In this document: one piece after another, positions 1 to 8,888 of the stretch
Layout: every line of letters starts with the position of its first letter
How positions within the stretch are numbered: position 1 is the stretch's first letter
NCBI GenBank assembly: GCA_018985225.1
Contig: JADGIF010000252.1
Location: 1 to 12,812 of the forward strand
Length of the DNA: 12,812 nucleotides
Source: Amoeboradix gromovi X-113
Taxonomy: Eukaryota > Fungi > Sanchytriomycota
Reading direction: 5' to 3'
Program-made: the position numbers and the translations under genes
Notes under the pieces: generated by a model
What the model was told of the DNA's origin: nothing
Databases searched by the model: none
Seen by the model: the letters and a program-made list of their open reading frames with translations, nothing else

Positions 1-1
1 G

Positions 2-262
2 CACCAAGGAACAAATTCGATGCCATGTACGAGGTATGGTACTTTAAAGAAAACCGATTTAGAAACCTGAACCTGTACAAAGTATGATTTGAAGATAGAT
101 AGAGATCATATGGCAGCAAGGAACATATGCATCAGGTATATGCATCCTTATTCTACCCCGCCTCAGGGTAGTGAAAGCGTGAGCAATCACTGTAACGGAG
201 CATCTAGCACTGCTAGTTTCTCTGTGGAAATTCTCGATTTTCTCGGAAATCAGGTCTTTTAA
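2..262 (+). pseudogene. Fanzor/TnpB-family nuclease relic, copy 1: C-terminal zinc finger and RuvC-III, truncated by the window edge
   Basis: Frame +2 reads HQGTNSMPCTRYGTLKKTDLET*TCTKYDLKIDRDHMAARNICIRYMHPY...NQVF*. This matches the TnpB/Fanzor pattern S-x-x-CxxCG...CxxC-x3-IDRDxxAARNI (motif at 95-127). There is an in-frame TGA at 68-70, and both second cysteines are Tyr (35-37, 83-85). Confidence 0.88.
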
Positions 263-271
263 CGAGGAGTA
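149..271 (+). ncRNA. Putative Fanzor omegaRNA scaffold / element right end, copy 1
   Basis: Lies just after the RuvC-III motif and overlaps the ORF tail (stop at 260-262). Aligns without gaps to 9695-9817 (10 mismatches in 123 nt). Hairpins: CTACCC/GGGTAG (153-171), AGTGA-AA-GC-GTGA-GC-AA-TCACT (170-191), TTTC/GAAA (217-230), GATTTT/GAAATC (236-251). Confidence 0.68.
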
Positions 272-299
272 CTTGCTATGGCATAAAAACTGAGATTTT

Positions 300-717
300 T
301 TCTATTCACCAGCTGCAATGGATCCAGGTCTCGAGATCTTAAGTATTTCAATACTAAATATATGGCTAATAGATACAGAAGATACTTTTCTACACTCAGA
401 AACTGGTCTAAAAATAAAGTTACTGTCGATAAAAATCAAAATAAAAAGGCAAAATACAATGAAGCATTCACTAGTCAAATGTCTGCAAAGTGTGTTAGTT
501 AAAAGAGAACCAATTGGGGAAGATAAACATGCAACAATATAATTTGGAACCTGATGGAGACTATCTGGCAGCAAGGAACAAGTACTTGTAGTATATGTGC
601 CCCTATTTGATTCATCCTCAGGGTAGTCGAAGCTTGAGCAACCACTGTAATGGAGCTTCTGTCTTTTTCAGTTTCTTTATGGAAATTGTTGATTTTATCG
701 AAAATCAGGACTTTTTA
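300..717 (+). pseudogene. Fanzor/TnpB-family relic, copy 2: internally deleted and frameshifted
   Basis: 458-502 reads NEAFTSQMSAKCVS* (the E-x-[YF]-TS-x-x-CxxCG motif). After a frameshift, 553-579 reads DGDYLAARN (RuvC-III). From 566 the DNA is colinear with copy 1 at offset 455 (TGGCAGCAAGGAACA...CCTCAGGGTAG...AAATCAGG). The left boundary is approximate. Confidence 0.82.
604..717 (+). ncRNA. Diverged putative omegaRNA scaffold, copy 2
   Basis: Colinear with 149-262. Retains CCTCAGGGTAGT, GAGCAA-CACTGTAA-GGAGC, TTTC/GAAA and a perfect TGATTTT-ATCG-AAAATCA hairpin. Confidence 0.55.
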
Positions 718-991
718 GTGTGCTAATAAGACAGAATCTGCAATTAGAAGGCTAATTTAGAGCCAAGATTATTATTGGAACTGGCGATAAGCTATCTAAA
801 TATGCATTAGATTTGCTACTCACAAAATTTAAACTCAAAAATATATTGCATTATAGCGACTTAATCACTAATTAAGCCGTTATAAATTGAAATCCCGTCC
901 TTTTCATCAACCGGTTCAAAGTTCACTATTATTTTTGTTGGTCACTGACCTTACACATCTCAGCCTCGGAGATAATTAAGTGAAACAACTG

Positions 992-2419
992 ATGCAGCAT
1001 ACGATTGAAAGCTTGATTGACTTGATATACAGAGAGAATGCTGTAATTGATCAGGTAGAGCAGGTATTGATTCAATGCCCAGAGCTAATTAACCAGCTTG
1101 ACAAATATGGTGAACTTCCGCTTCTAGGAGCAGTAGACAAAAACAATATCGACATGTCAAAATTGTTGATCAAATATGGTGCCGATGTGAATAAAAAGAC
1201 TGGTAAATATAACGGCCGTTCTCCGTTTTTGTTAGCCATCTGGAGAGAACATACTCAGTTGGTTGAGTTAATGCTAGATAGCGCCGATTTCTCTATCTGC
1301 GATGACGGAAATAGTGGTGTGTTCCATCAAGTTTGTTTAGCAGCTATTCCTAACTCCCAAATTTTAGAAATTTTGAAAAAACGACCGGGTTGGGAATCTT
1401 TTCTCTCCAAAGGTAATAAATGGGGTGTCAGCCCGCTTCACTACTCAGCTTATAAAGACTTAGATGTCACTGAAAAGTTAATCATTAGCGGTGCAAACGT
1501 TAACGCTCAAACTGTTGAGCGTAGTACAATTCGGATTAGTGGCGATGCACACACAATGATAGACCCCGGTATGACTCCACTGCATGTTGTAGCTATGAAG
1601 GGTGATTTGGAGCATGCTCGTCTATTGCTAAGGTTCAATGCTTCGTCGTTAATAAATGACTGGTATGGTAGAAATGCTGTAGAAACCGCAAAGTTGCATA
1701 ATCGCACTGAAATGGCTGATGTTTTGTCTCACAACTTGCAATTTGAACAAGCTACCAATGAAGTTGTTAAATACTCTGTTTTACTAAGCGACAAGGCAAA
1801 GATCGATGCTGTTGTGGTTAAACAGGAGTTAGCGGGCATTTGTGATGAAGTCAATGCTTCCAAGTATAAGCAAGCTATTAAAGACTTTCCAGACAGAGAT
1901 ACCTATGAATATTCCACGATTTTGAAATTATTTCAAAATTTAAGGAAATATAAACCCACAGATTTCAGTGAATTTCAAGTTAAGTTAAAGAAGTTAAAAA
2001 GGGAAGCGCTGGATAGCAACTCAAGCTGCAAGAATCAAGTTCCTGCACTGCTAGAATCTATTGAAGAGATAAAAGTCAAGACAAAAGAAGATTTGTCATG
2101 GTTAGAGAACCAGTGGTATTCGGCAATGGAGAAACAGAATGAGGTGCATGGACAGTCACTGGTAGTTGAGCTTCAGGACAAAATTTACAATATTATTGAT
2201 CTGTACGAGAAACTTAACAACAAAAAGGTTAGCAAAGAATTTGTAAGTTTGAATTTAGCAACAGAAATGACGCAAAATGAGATGAATGATGATCTGCAAT
2301 GGAGGTTGAGTATTATTGAGGCATTGTATTTCTTGTATCACGAGTACACTTGTGATAGAGTGGAATCGGCGTTAGCATATGCAGAGACAGACTTAAAGGT
2401 GCTAAGTATGCTACAATAA
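992..2419 (+). CDS. Ankyrin-repeat protein with a helical/coiled-coil C-terminal half
   Basis: Several ANK motifs: GELPLLGAV...LLIKYGADVN, GRSPFLLA, GVSPLHYSA...LIISGANVN, GMTPLHVVA...LLLRFNA. The first ATG is at 992; the ORF track starts at GTG 980. Confidence 0.9.
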   Translation: MQHTIESLIDLIYRENAVIDQVEQVLIQCPELINQLDKYGELPLLGAVDKNNIDMSKLLIKYGADVNKKTGKYNGRSPFLLAIWREHTQLVELMLDSADFSICDDGNSGVFHQVCLAAIPNSQILEILKKRPGWESFLSKGNKWGVSPLHYSAYKDLDVTEKLIISGANVNAQTVERSTIRISGDAHTMIDPGMTPLHVVAMKGDLEHARLLLRFNASSLINDWYGRNAVETAKLHNRTEMADVLSHNLQFEQATNEVVKYSVLLSDKAKIDAVVVKQELAGICDEVNASKYKQAIKDFPDRDTYEYSTILKLFQNLRKYKPTDFSEFQVKLKKLKREALDSNSSCKNQVPALLESIEEIKVKTKEDLSWLENQWYSAMEKQNEVHGQSLVVELQDKIYNIIDLYEKLNNKKVSKEFVSLNLATEMTQNEMNDDLQWRLSIIEALYFLYHEYTCDRVESALAYAETDLKVLSMLQ

Positions 2420-2435
2420 AGTACTAATAAACGAT

Positions 2436-2789
2436 TTATTCCATGGACTGTATATGCTTTGTAAACCACTGCTGTTTGTTTTTAAAAACAACTATTGGTG
2501 ACCCTTTATCAGCTCTAGCTATTTTTTGCCGCGAGAGAGACCTAAAGACAACGTTGACATTTGTGTTGGGATAAACTACAAAAGAAGAGGGATAGCAGTG
2601 TATTTCATTACATAGAGTACAAATATCAACAGAATAAGGTACTTTCCTACCTTCAAAAACCATTACAATTACATCTTTGTAAATAGTGTCAGTATCAAAA
2701 GAAGGTCGAAGTATATCTGGCAGTTGCCCTTTGAGGGAGCCTATAGGTGCAGATTTTTTGATAAAGAAATCAGATGGAGATTCTTGCAT
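2436..2789 (-). CDS. Hypothetical protein (possibly a 3' exon), weakly ubiquitin/SUMO-like
   Basis: A 117-codon ORF that overlaps no other gene and stops 16 nt from the convergent ankyrin gene. FFIKKSAPIGSL...IVMVFEGRKV loosely resembles the SUMO FKIKKTTPL...F.YDG.RI pattern. Confidence 0.45.
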   Translation of the reverse strand: MQESPSDFFIKKSAPIGSLKGQLPDILRPSFDTDTIYKDVIVMVFEGRKVPYSVDICTLCNEIHCYPSSFVVYPNTNVNVVFRSLSRQKIARADKGSPIVVFKNKQQWFTKHIQSME

Positions 2790-3124
2790 TTCTTACCCTA
2801 GAAAATAAAGACGAACTTTTTAAAACAAATGTCTCAAAAAACCAGAATTAGTCAAGCACAAATGTGCCTCGATTTGATGCCTGTCCAGAAGTGACATCCT
2901 TTTCCTTATCAGTCAGATTTTTTATCATTATTTAGTAGACTTTATATGAGTCAAAGATAGTCGTTACACTCTTGCCATTCGATGCACGACTGTATCATAG
3001 TGAGACGTAGATTATTGCAACTTTGGGCCTCTAAGAGATCGCTGAATGCTGTTTCTCCATGTCACTTTTCATTGTGCATTTCCAATTAATTTTGTTACTT
3101 TTTTCAAACATTTCTGTATTTTTA

Positions 3125-4327
3125 ATGGGGCATTTGATGATAATATCATTGATTGTATTTATAGCTTGCAACATAGTTATGGATCAACCATACATGGATG
3201 AGCCTTTTCATGTTCCGCAGGCACAGAGATATTGTAAAGGTGATTTTGAATGGGATCCCAAGATAACAACTCCCCCAGGACTGTACTATTTCAGTACACT
3301 AATAGGATACTTTTTTGGATGTTCTATCAAGGTTTTAAGATCCACAAACTTTGCTTTAGGGCTCTATAAATACTACTTGTTATCCAAACTTACTTTTGAC
3401 TCCAAATGGTTATATTTCTTGCCGATTTCATTTTTCTATCAGAACTGGTACTATACGGACACCCTATCTGAAGTTTTAATGCTACAAAGCTACTACGGAG
3501 TTGTCAAGCAGTACAGGTTGCAAACCTTTGCTTTCGGAGTAGCTAGTGTCTTCATTAGACAAACTAACGTTGTGCTACTGGTTTGGATGGTATTTTGGGG
3601 TGTATATGAGCGCAACAAGTACACACATCCTTTGTTGACGACCGTAATACATAACCTGTCAATTTCAGATTGTTTGAACACATTTAAACAGTTCATCATC
3701 ATCTGTTTTACCAACGGTTTAGCAGATATCAGCATGTTGACCGGGATCATAACGTTTTTGGGTTTGGTAGTCCAGAAGTATGGACTTTTACAGGGCGACT
3801 CAGAAAACCACAATCTTTCATTCCATTTCCCTCAACTGCTGTATTTCGGGACTACGCTGTTTGGATTGTTTGCCTTATACACCAATATGCACACTGTTCG
3901 GTATCATTATACTTATTTTATCACTTTGTGGATGTTTTCATATTGTATGGTTCACTTCTTTACAATTCATCATAAGTTCTTATTGAGCGACAACAGACAC
4001 TTAACTTTCTACTTTTGGAAAGCTTTCTATCGCAACTTGAATCTGTATAAAGAGCTCTTCTACAGCTTTGTCTATAGCGTAGTTTGGTACTCGTTACTGG
4101 ACCACTTGAAGCATTTCGCAGTTATTCCGGTCGCAGGGTACTTATTATCGTTAGCGCTTACATTAATACCCACACCTCTGTTTGAATTCAGATACTTTAT
4201 CTTTCATCTGACCATTTTTGGAATTTACTTTCACAAGCAAACAAGTTACAGCAAAGTAACTATAATTGTAATGAATGAATTTGTTCTGCTACTGTTTTGG
4301 ATGCATCCAGCTCATATAATGTGGTAG
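3125..4327 (+). CDS. ALG10: Dol-P-Glc:Glc2Man9GlcNAc2-PP-Dol alpha-1,2-glucosyltransferase (ALG10/DIE2)
   Basis: Signature motifs PYMDEPFHVPQAQRYC, WDPKITTPPGLY, YYTD, RQTN, GD...H...HFPQLLYF, H.FLLSDNRHLTFYFW and P.PLFEFRYFI; multi-pass hydrophobic. The start is probably ATG 3125 or 3137 rather than 3059. Confidence 0.95.
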   Translation: MGHLMIISLIVFIACNIVMDQPYMDEPFHVPQAQRYCKGDFEWDPKITTPPGLYYFSTLIGYFFGCSIKVLRSTNFALGLYKYYLLSKLTFDSKWLYFLPISFFYQNWYYTDTLSEVLMLQSYYGVVKQYRLQTFAFGVASVFIRQTNVVLLVWMVFWGVYERNKYTHPLLTTVIHNLSISDCLNTFKQFIIICFTNGLADISMLTGIITFLGLVVQKYGLLQGDSENHNLSFHFPQLLYFGTTLFGLFALYTNMHTVRYHYTYFITLWMFSYCMVHFFTIHHKFLLSDNRHLTFYFWKAFYRNLNLYKELFYSFVYSVVWYSLLDHLKHFAVIPVAGYLLSLALTLIPTPLFEFRYFIFHLTIFGIYFHKQTSYSKVTIIVMNEFVLLLFWMHPAHIMW

Positions 4328-4361
4328 TTTAATAAATTTCTTTTTTTCATCTTTCGGCCAG

Positions 4362-5766
4362 ATGTCTGAAGCTTTGCAACTGGTATTTTTAAATATCTCT
4401 CAGGATGTTAGTCTTTATAAACTGCTATCTCTTCCATTTACACAGCCAAGTAAATCATTATATGATGAGTTGATCCAGAAAATAAAGCAAACAGAAACTG
4501 GTTACATGGTAAACGCTTGTTTTTTAGAGATGCTTCAGTTTATGACTATAAAAAATGAAAGAATGGTGTATTTATACAACTCTGTGCTGGATTTAAGTGA
4601 ACCTTATATTGTGAACATAGTAAACCAACATATTTACATGAATGGACACTCTAAACTATTTAGAATTTTAAAAAAGAATTATGAATTCTTGATACCTGAA
4701 TATCCAAACGAAGAAAAGAAAGCTGAAGCCGTGGTTATTAACTTGTATCCAATATGGTTACAAATCAGGGAGCACGAAGACATGCTGCAACTGAAAAGTG
4801 ATGTTGTAAATGGCAAGCATGAAAAATTTCAGATATCTACCAATAGTGATTTACTCAATAGCGATCAAGAAGGGTGTTTAAAAATAACATTCTCCAAATT
4901 GACGCTATCCAACGGCAAGAGCGACATCGTCACTTTTAGTTTAGGTGCCATCGAAGCATACACTTGGCAAGAAATGGAGTATCCTACGATCAAATTGAAA
5001 AGAACCCCAATTTCAACAGCAAATCTAGTTCCTAGAGAAGATGATTCTATTGATACGGCCGAGTTAGCTTTTACCAATTGTAAATCATTGTGTTTATTAA
5101 TTGAAGGTAGAATGTATAGTTTGTTTCCAATCTTACAAACAGAAGTACTCAGAATAGAAAATGTAATGAACAAGCTATTGGACAAACCTCCGTTTCATCA
5201 TTCACAGTTTATTCTTCACTCGCTCTTTCAAAAAATGACAATTCTAAAAAAATCAATTGGTGTTAAAAGTAACATAAGCAATGATAGGAGCAAACTGATC
5301 GTGAGTCAAAAAAATATCTTGAGTTGTCTCCACAAGGTTTTACAAGATAATCCAACTCAAAGCCAAAATCTTTTAGTTTTATTAGAGTACAGTTGTGGTG
5401 CGGAATTACAGGTTTTAAAAGAAACAATAAATGTATTGAGGCAGTACTGGTCCATAACGTATACGGAGCAGCGACAACTAAACATTTTAAGCTGCCTGGC
5501 ACGTATACTAACAGCATTAGCTCAATCTCCTAGAGATAGCGTAGCGCAAGTAAAGAACTGGCTTATCCAAATCGAAGACACAATTTCGCCGTATCAACAG
5601 TATTTTAAATTGACTAAGCTTCGATGCCCTGCGTACAGTTGTTAGTCTGTTAAAAACAGTTCACAACATCGAGTGCAATCCATTGATATCTCGATCTTCT
5701 ATTCATCCAGGGGAATATGATGGCTATTCTATTTTGAAAGAATATCAAAAGAACTTGTGGTATTAA
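4362..5766 (+). CDS. Uncharacterised protein with a possible central PH-like region, probably with a short 3' intron
   Basis: A 427-codon ORF to 5645. Removing GT..AG 5591-5618 (or 5600-5618) extends it through FDALRTVVSLLK...NLWY* to 5766, directly followed by AATAAA. GCLKITFSKLTL...VTFSLGAI is PH-like by eye only. Confidence 0.7.
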
Positions 5767-5907
5767 TTAATAAATTTTTATTTTCTCAAGTCTTCTAGTC
5801 AAATTGCAAATTGAGCACACACTATGGCATCAAAATTTCATAATTTATTTGCCACATTACGTATATAGTATTGATAAAACAGATTGGGTCCCTTTGCTGC
5901 ACAGCAG

Positions 5908-6264
5908 ATGTTTTTAACAAACATAGTAATGGCGTTGTTCGCGAAGGAGACTAAAAGTGAAGTCCCAGAAAGTGCAATAAAGGTCACACAAACTGTATTC
6001 GGTGGAGATACACTCATTGGCCTGTTGGAAGCCACAAGTAGGAACTCAAAATTCCAGGTTCCCAAGCCTGTGGAAAGGTTATCTCGTCCAATTACTGGAG
6101 AGGAAGTTTTAAACAGTCAAAATACTGATGGCTCCACAATATTAGTAGCCACTAAAGATGATGCGGATAATTGTAGACCTTTTGAAATTACAGGAGACCC
6201 TAATGTTAGGGTAACCTGGGACCAAAAAAGAAATCCAGATGGAGGATTTAGTGAGCAGAAATAA
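5908..6264 (+). CDS. Small hypothetical protein, possibly secreted
   Basis: A free-standing ORF from ATG 5908 with a short hydrophobic N-terminus (MFLTNIVMALFA) and coding-like composition relative to the AT-rich flanks. Confidence 0.55.
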   Translation: MFLTNIVMALFAKETKSEVPESAIKVTQTVFGGDTLIGLLEATSRNSKFQVPKPVERLSRPITGEEVLNSQNTDGSTILVATKDDADNCRPFEITGDPNVRVTWDQKRNPDGGFSEQK

Positions 6265-6540
6265 ACAGTTTACCGAAAGCATAATCACATTTTGTTAAAT
6301 ATTTTAGCAAAAATAACAAAAAACATTCGTTCGTTCTCTGCAAGTCAAGAAAGTATCTATTTTTTTATTGAAAACCCCATTTATTGACATATGTGAATTT
6401 TATGGTCCCAGAACCTCTTCATAGTATGCATTATGACGGGAACAAATGGGATTTCAAATTCATATAGATGGCATATGTCACCATCATAGCCAGAATGAAT
6501 TTTACTTGAAGACTTAATCAAGGAGACATAACTAAGTTTT

Positions 6541-6575
6541 AATAAAACTATAAAATAAAACTATAAAATAAAACT
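6541..6575 (+). repeat. 13-bp tandem repeat (AATAAAACTATAA, about 2.7 copies)
   Basis: Directly visible exact tandem copies. Confidence 0.85.
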
Positions 6576-7004
6576 GGTTTAAAAACTAAATAATCATCCA
6601 AAGAAAAAAGAAATTGGCGGAAATTAATACAGTGGTTACTAATAACTTATTCAAGATGTCGAACTCTGAATAAAATCAACTTGGAGACATAAATAAATAA
6701 CCTGTAATTTACAAGTAGATAGAAACCATATGGTACCTCTAATCATACACCCCATCATAGTTCAATACCCCTCCATATAGTGAAAGCATGAGATACCGCT
6801 ATATTGGAGCGACCTGCAAGATAAACTTTTCTGCGGAAACTTTTGATATTCGAAAAACTAGGACTCTAATTACGAGTGATTGTAGAAACGAATAATTGGC
6901 TATACTAAGGACAGTAAGGTATGGTCACTTGTATGCACTATCATCAATGACATTTAAAACTGAGTGGTTAAATAGTGATAAGTTTGTTTATTGTTTGCAT
7001 TTAA

Positions 7005-8888
7005 CTACCACTTCGAAGCGCTGGCCATTTCAGTTCGACCTATATTTGTCACAGCCACTGTCTCTTCAATGCACTCTTGATCAAGCTTTTGCTTCGAATC
7101 CAAAGACAATGCAACAGCTAAGCGAACAGCATTTTTAATCTGACGACCATTCAACGGATATTGACCCAGTTTCTCAAAATCCAATTCCTTAACACCGCAA
7201 GATACGCGTGCGGTCATATTCTTCCACACCTGGATTCGCGCTTCCGGTGTCAGCGAGGTGTACTTTAAGGCCACAGTCACTCTGCTTTCAAGGGCAGGAT
7301 CAAACTCTGTGACTCTGTTTGTTGTCAAGAATAAAATTCCTGGGTGGTATTCCAATAGTCTCAACATTACGCATGTCATTGCATTCTTCAAGATATCTGA
7401 TGAATCCCTTTTTTCCAAAAACACATCTGCTTCATCAATTAATACGAGAGAGTTCCAACCGGCGCAAAGTTCGAGAATTTCAGCTAAACGTTGCTCCATT
7501 GTTGTGGGATCAATGCCAAGTTCGCCCATAGTTACATAATACAAAGGTTTATGGAGAACCTCTGCAATAGCCTCAGCTGTCAGAGTTTTACCAACGCCAG
7601 CTGGACCGTGCAACAAAAAGATGGAGCCTCCACTTTTTCCTTCGATAATGTCAGAGACCTGGTCCCCACCAAATCTTACCAATGCTTTAATTAGTCTTTT
7701 TCTCTTGGGGTCTAGTACCAGTTCATCAAATGCAGAATCGTTGTATTTGATCGCTTTCAATCCTCCAACCAAAACATGGCCCCAACACTTTGAGGAAAAG
7801 CTAAATCCTACAAGTGCAGGCCAAGTTACGGCAAGCAATTGCTTAGGAATGCTCTCAATAATAAATATGCTATCAGGGTTAGAAACTTTCTCACCAAGTG
7901 ACTTCTGCTCATTCTTAAACCTTTTGTATCTACCAGATATCTCAATGAGTGCATGAGTTGCATCATCCATACCTTGAGATGCGTGGTGTCCCAAGGAAGC
8001 ACCTCTGACTACGTCGATCATGATTCTTCCAGAAGTCTGAATAACGTTTGATCGAGTCTGCGAAATCTGCCCAGATCTCGAACTTGAATGCAAAAATACG
8101 CATCCGGGTTCATGCTGAAGATACTTTGCTTCACCTAGACCGAGTGCTACATACTTTTCACCACTAGCAATGAATCTCGACAACAAATGATCATCAACAG
8201 GTGCGTAATACATGTCGGAGATCTTCCTATTAGACTCTCCAATCCATCGAGAAAGAACTGCTTCAAACTGGACAACGCAAAAGTCTGTTCCCAAGGATAC
8301 AGCGTACTGCAACTCTAAATGAAAACTCTGCTCGAAGCCGAATAAGGATTTTCTCTCTTGAAAGTAAGATTGCACGACTTTAAATCCGGCAGGAACGCCT
8401 AATGACGTAATACCTCTAACTATAGTCCCTGGTTTGTACAATTCAGATAAGGCTTCAAACAAGATGGAACCCTCTTCGATACAAGTCTTGTAATATTCCA
8501 TTTCAGGCTTGTACACATTTCTGATTTCTTGTCGCAATTCCATTAATCCAGGGACTTCCAAATTTGCAGAAATCTCTTTTATTTGGTAGCCTAACCCACT
8601 CAAGGCTTGAACCACTTGAAATCGTATATATCTGTTATAGTAGATATCGTCTTCTTTGGCCCCAATACCCTCATTATACTGAGTAATTAAATCAGACAAC
8701 CAATCCAACCGGCCAAGTATGAAAAATAGTTGCTTTGCTTGCAATTGGCTCGCCATTTTCATACTAGTAAAAGATCTTACAACAGTTCTCAGTGGGTACT
8801 GATTAATTCCATTACAAGGGATATCTGGAAAGTGAAAAACAGATTCAGGGCCTGATCCATCAATCTTAAAGTAAATCGTCTTTGACAT
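7005..8888 (-). CDS. Fungal-type AAA+ ATPase (single C-terminal AAA module)
   Basis: Walker A LLHGPAGVGKTLTAEAIAE, Walker B LVLIDEADVFLEKR, sensor/SRH LLEYHPGILFLTTNRV..FDPALESRV and lid LNGRQIKNAV. Confidence 0.93.
   Translation of the reverse strand: MSKTIYFKIDGSGPESVFHFPDIPCNGINQYPLRTVVRSFTSMKMASQLQAKQLFFILGRLDWLSDLITQYNEGIGAKEDDIYYNRYIRFQVVQALSGLGYQIKEISANLEVPGLMELRQEIRNVYKPEMEYYKTCIEEGSILFEALSELYKPGTIVRGITSLGVPAGFKVVQSYFQERKSLFGFEQSFHLELQYAVSLGTDFCVVQFEAVLSRWIGESNRKISDMYYAPVDDHLLSRFIASGEKYVALGLGEAKYLQHEPGCVFLHSSSRSGQISQTRSNVIQTSGRIMIDVVRGASLGHHASQGMDDATHALIEISGRYKRFKNEQKSLGEKVSNPDSIFIIESIPKQLLAVTWPALVGFSFSSKCWGHVLVGGLKAIKYNDSAFDELVLDPKRKRLIKALVRFGGDQVSDIIEGKSGGSIFLLHGPAGVGKTLTAEAIAEVLHKPLYYVTMGELGIDPTTMEQRLAEILELCAGWNSLVLIDEADVFLEKRDSSDILKNAMTCVMLRLLEYHPGILFLTTNRVTEFDPALESRVTVALKYTSLTPEARIQVWKNMTARVSCGVKELDFEKLGQYPLNGRQIKNAVRLAVALSLDSKQKLDQECIEETVAVTNIGRTEMASASKW

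Noticed and set aside
204-216. CTAGC-ACT-GCTAG hairpin as a conserved scaffold stem
   Set aside because: It is disrupted without compensation in copies 2 and 3.
149-271. Hammerhead ribozyme, tRNA or snRNA identity for the repeated block
   Set aside because: No CUGAnGA/GAAA core in a proper stem context on either strand and no cloverleaf. The position after a RuvC-III motif explains it better.
312-332. AAMDPGL as the Fanzor RuvC-I (DPG) motif
   Set aside because: It is in a different frame from the adjacent segment that resembles the apparently N-terminal part of copy 3, so the order does not fit. It may be coincidental and was not used as evidence.
302-574. ORFs 302-574 (-) and 318-542 (+) as genes
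   Set aside because: They are off-frame or antisense readings of the decayed Fanzor copy 2.
149-717. CRISPR array
   Set aside because: The repeats are ~120 nt, diverged and separated by ORF remnants. There is no regular repeat-spacer period and no cas genes.
6265-6900. Pseudogenic extension of the 5908 ORF or another hidden gene
   Set aside because: Only short open stretches with multiple stops and no recognisable motif.
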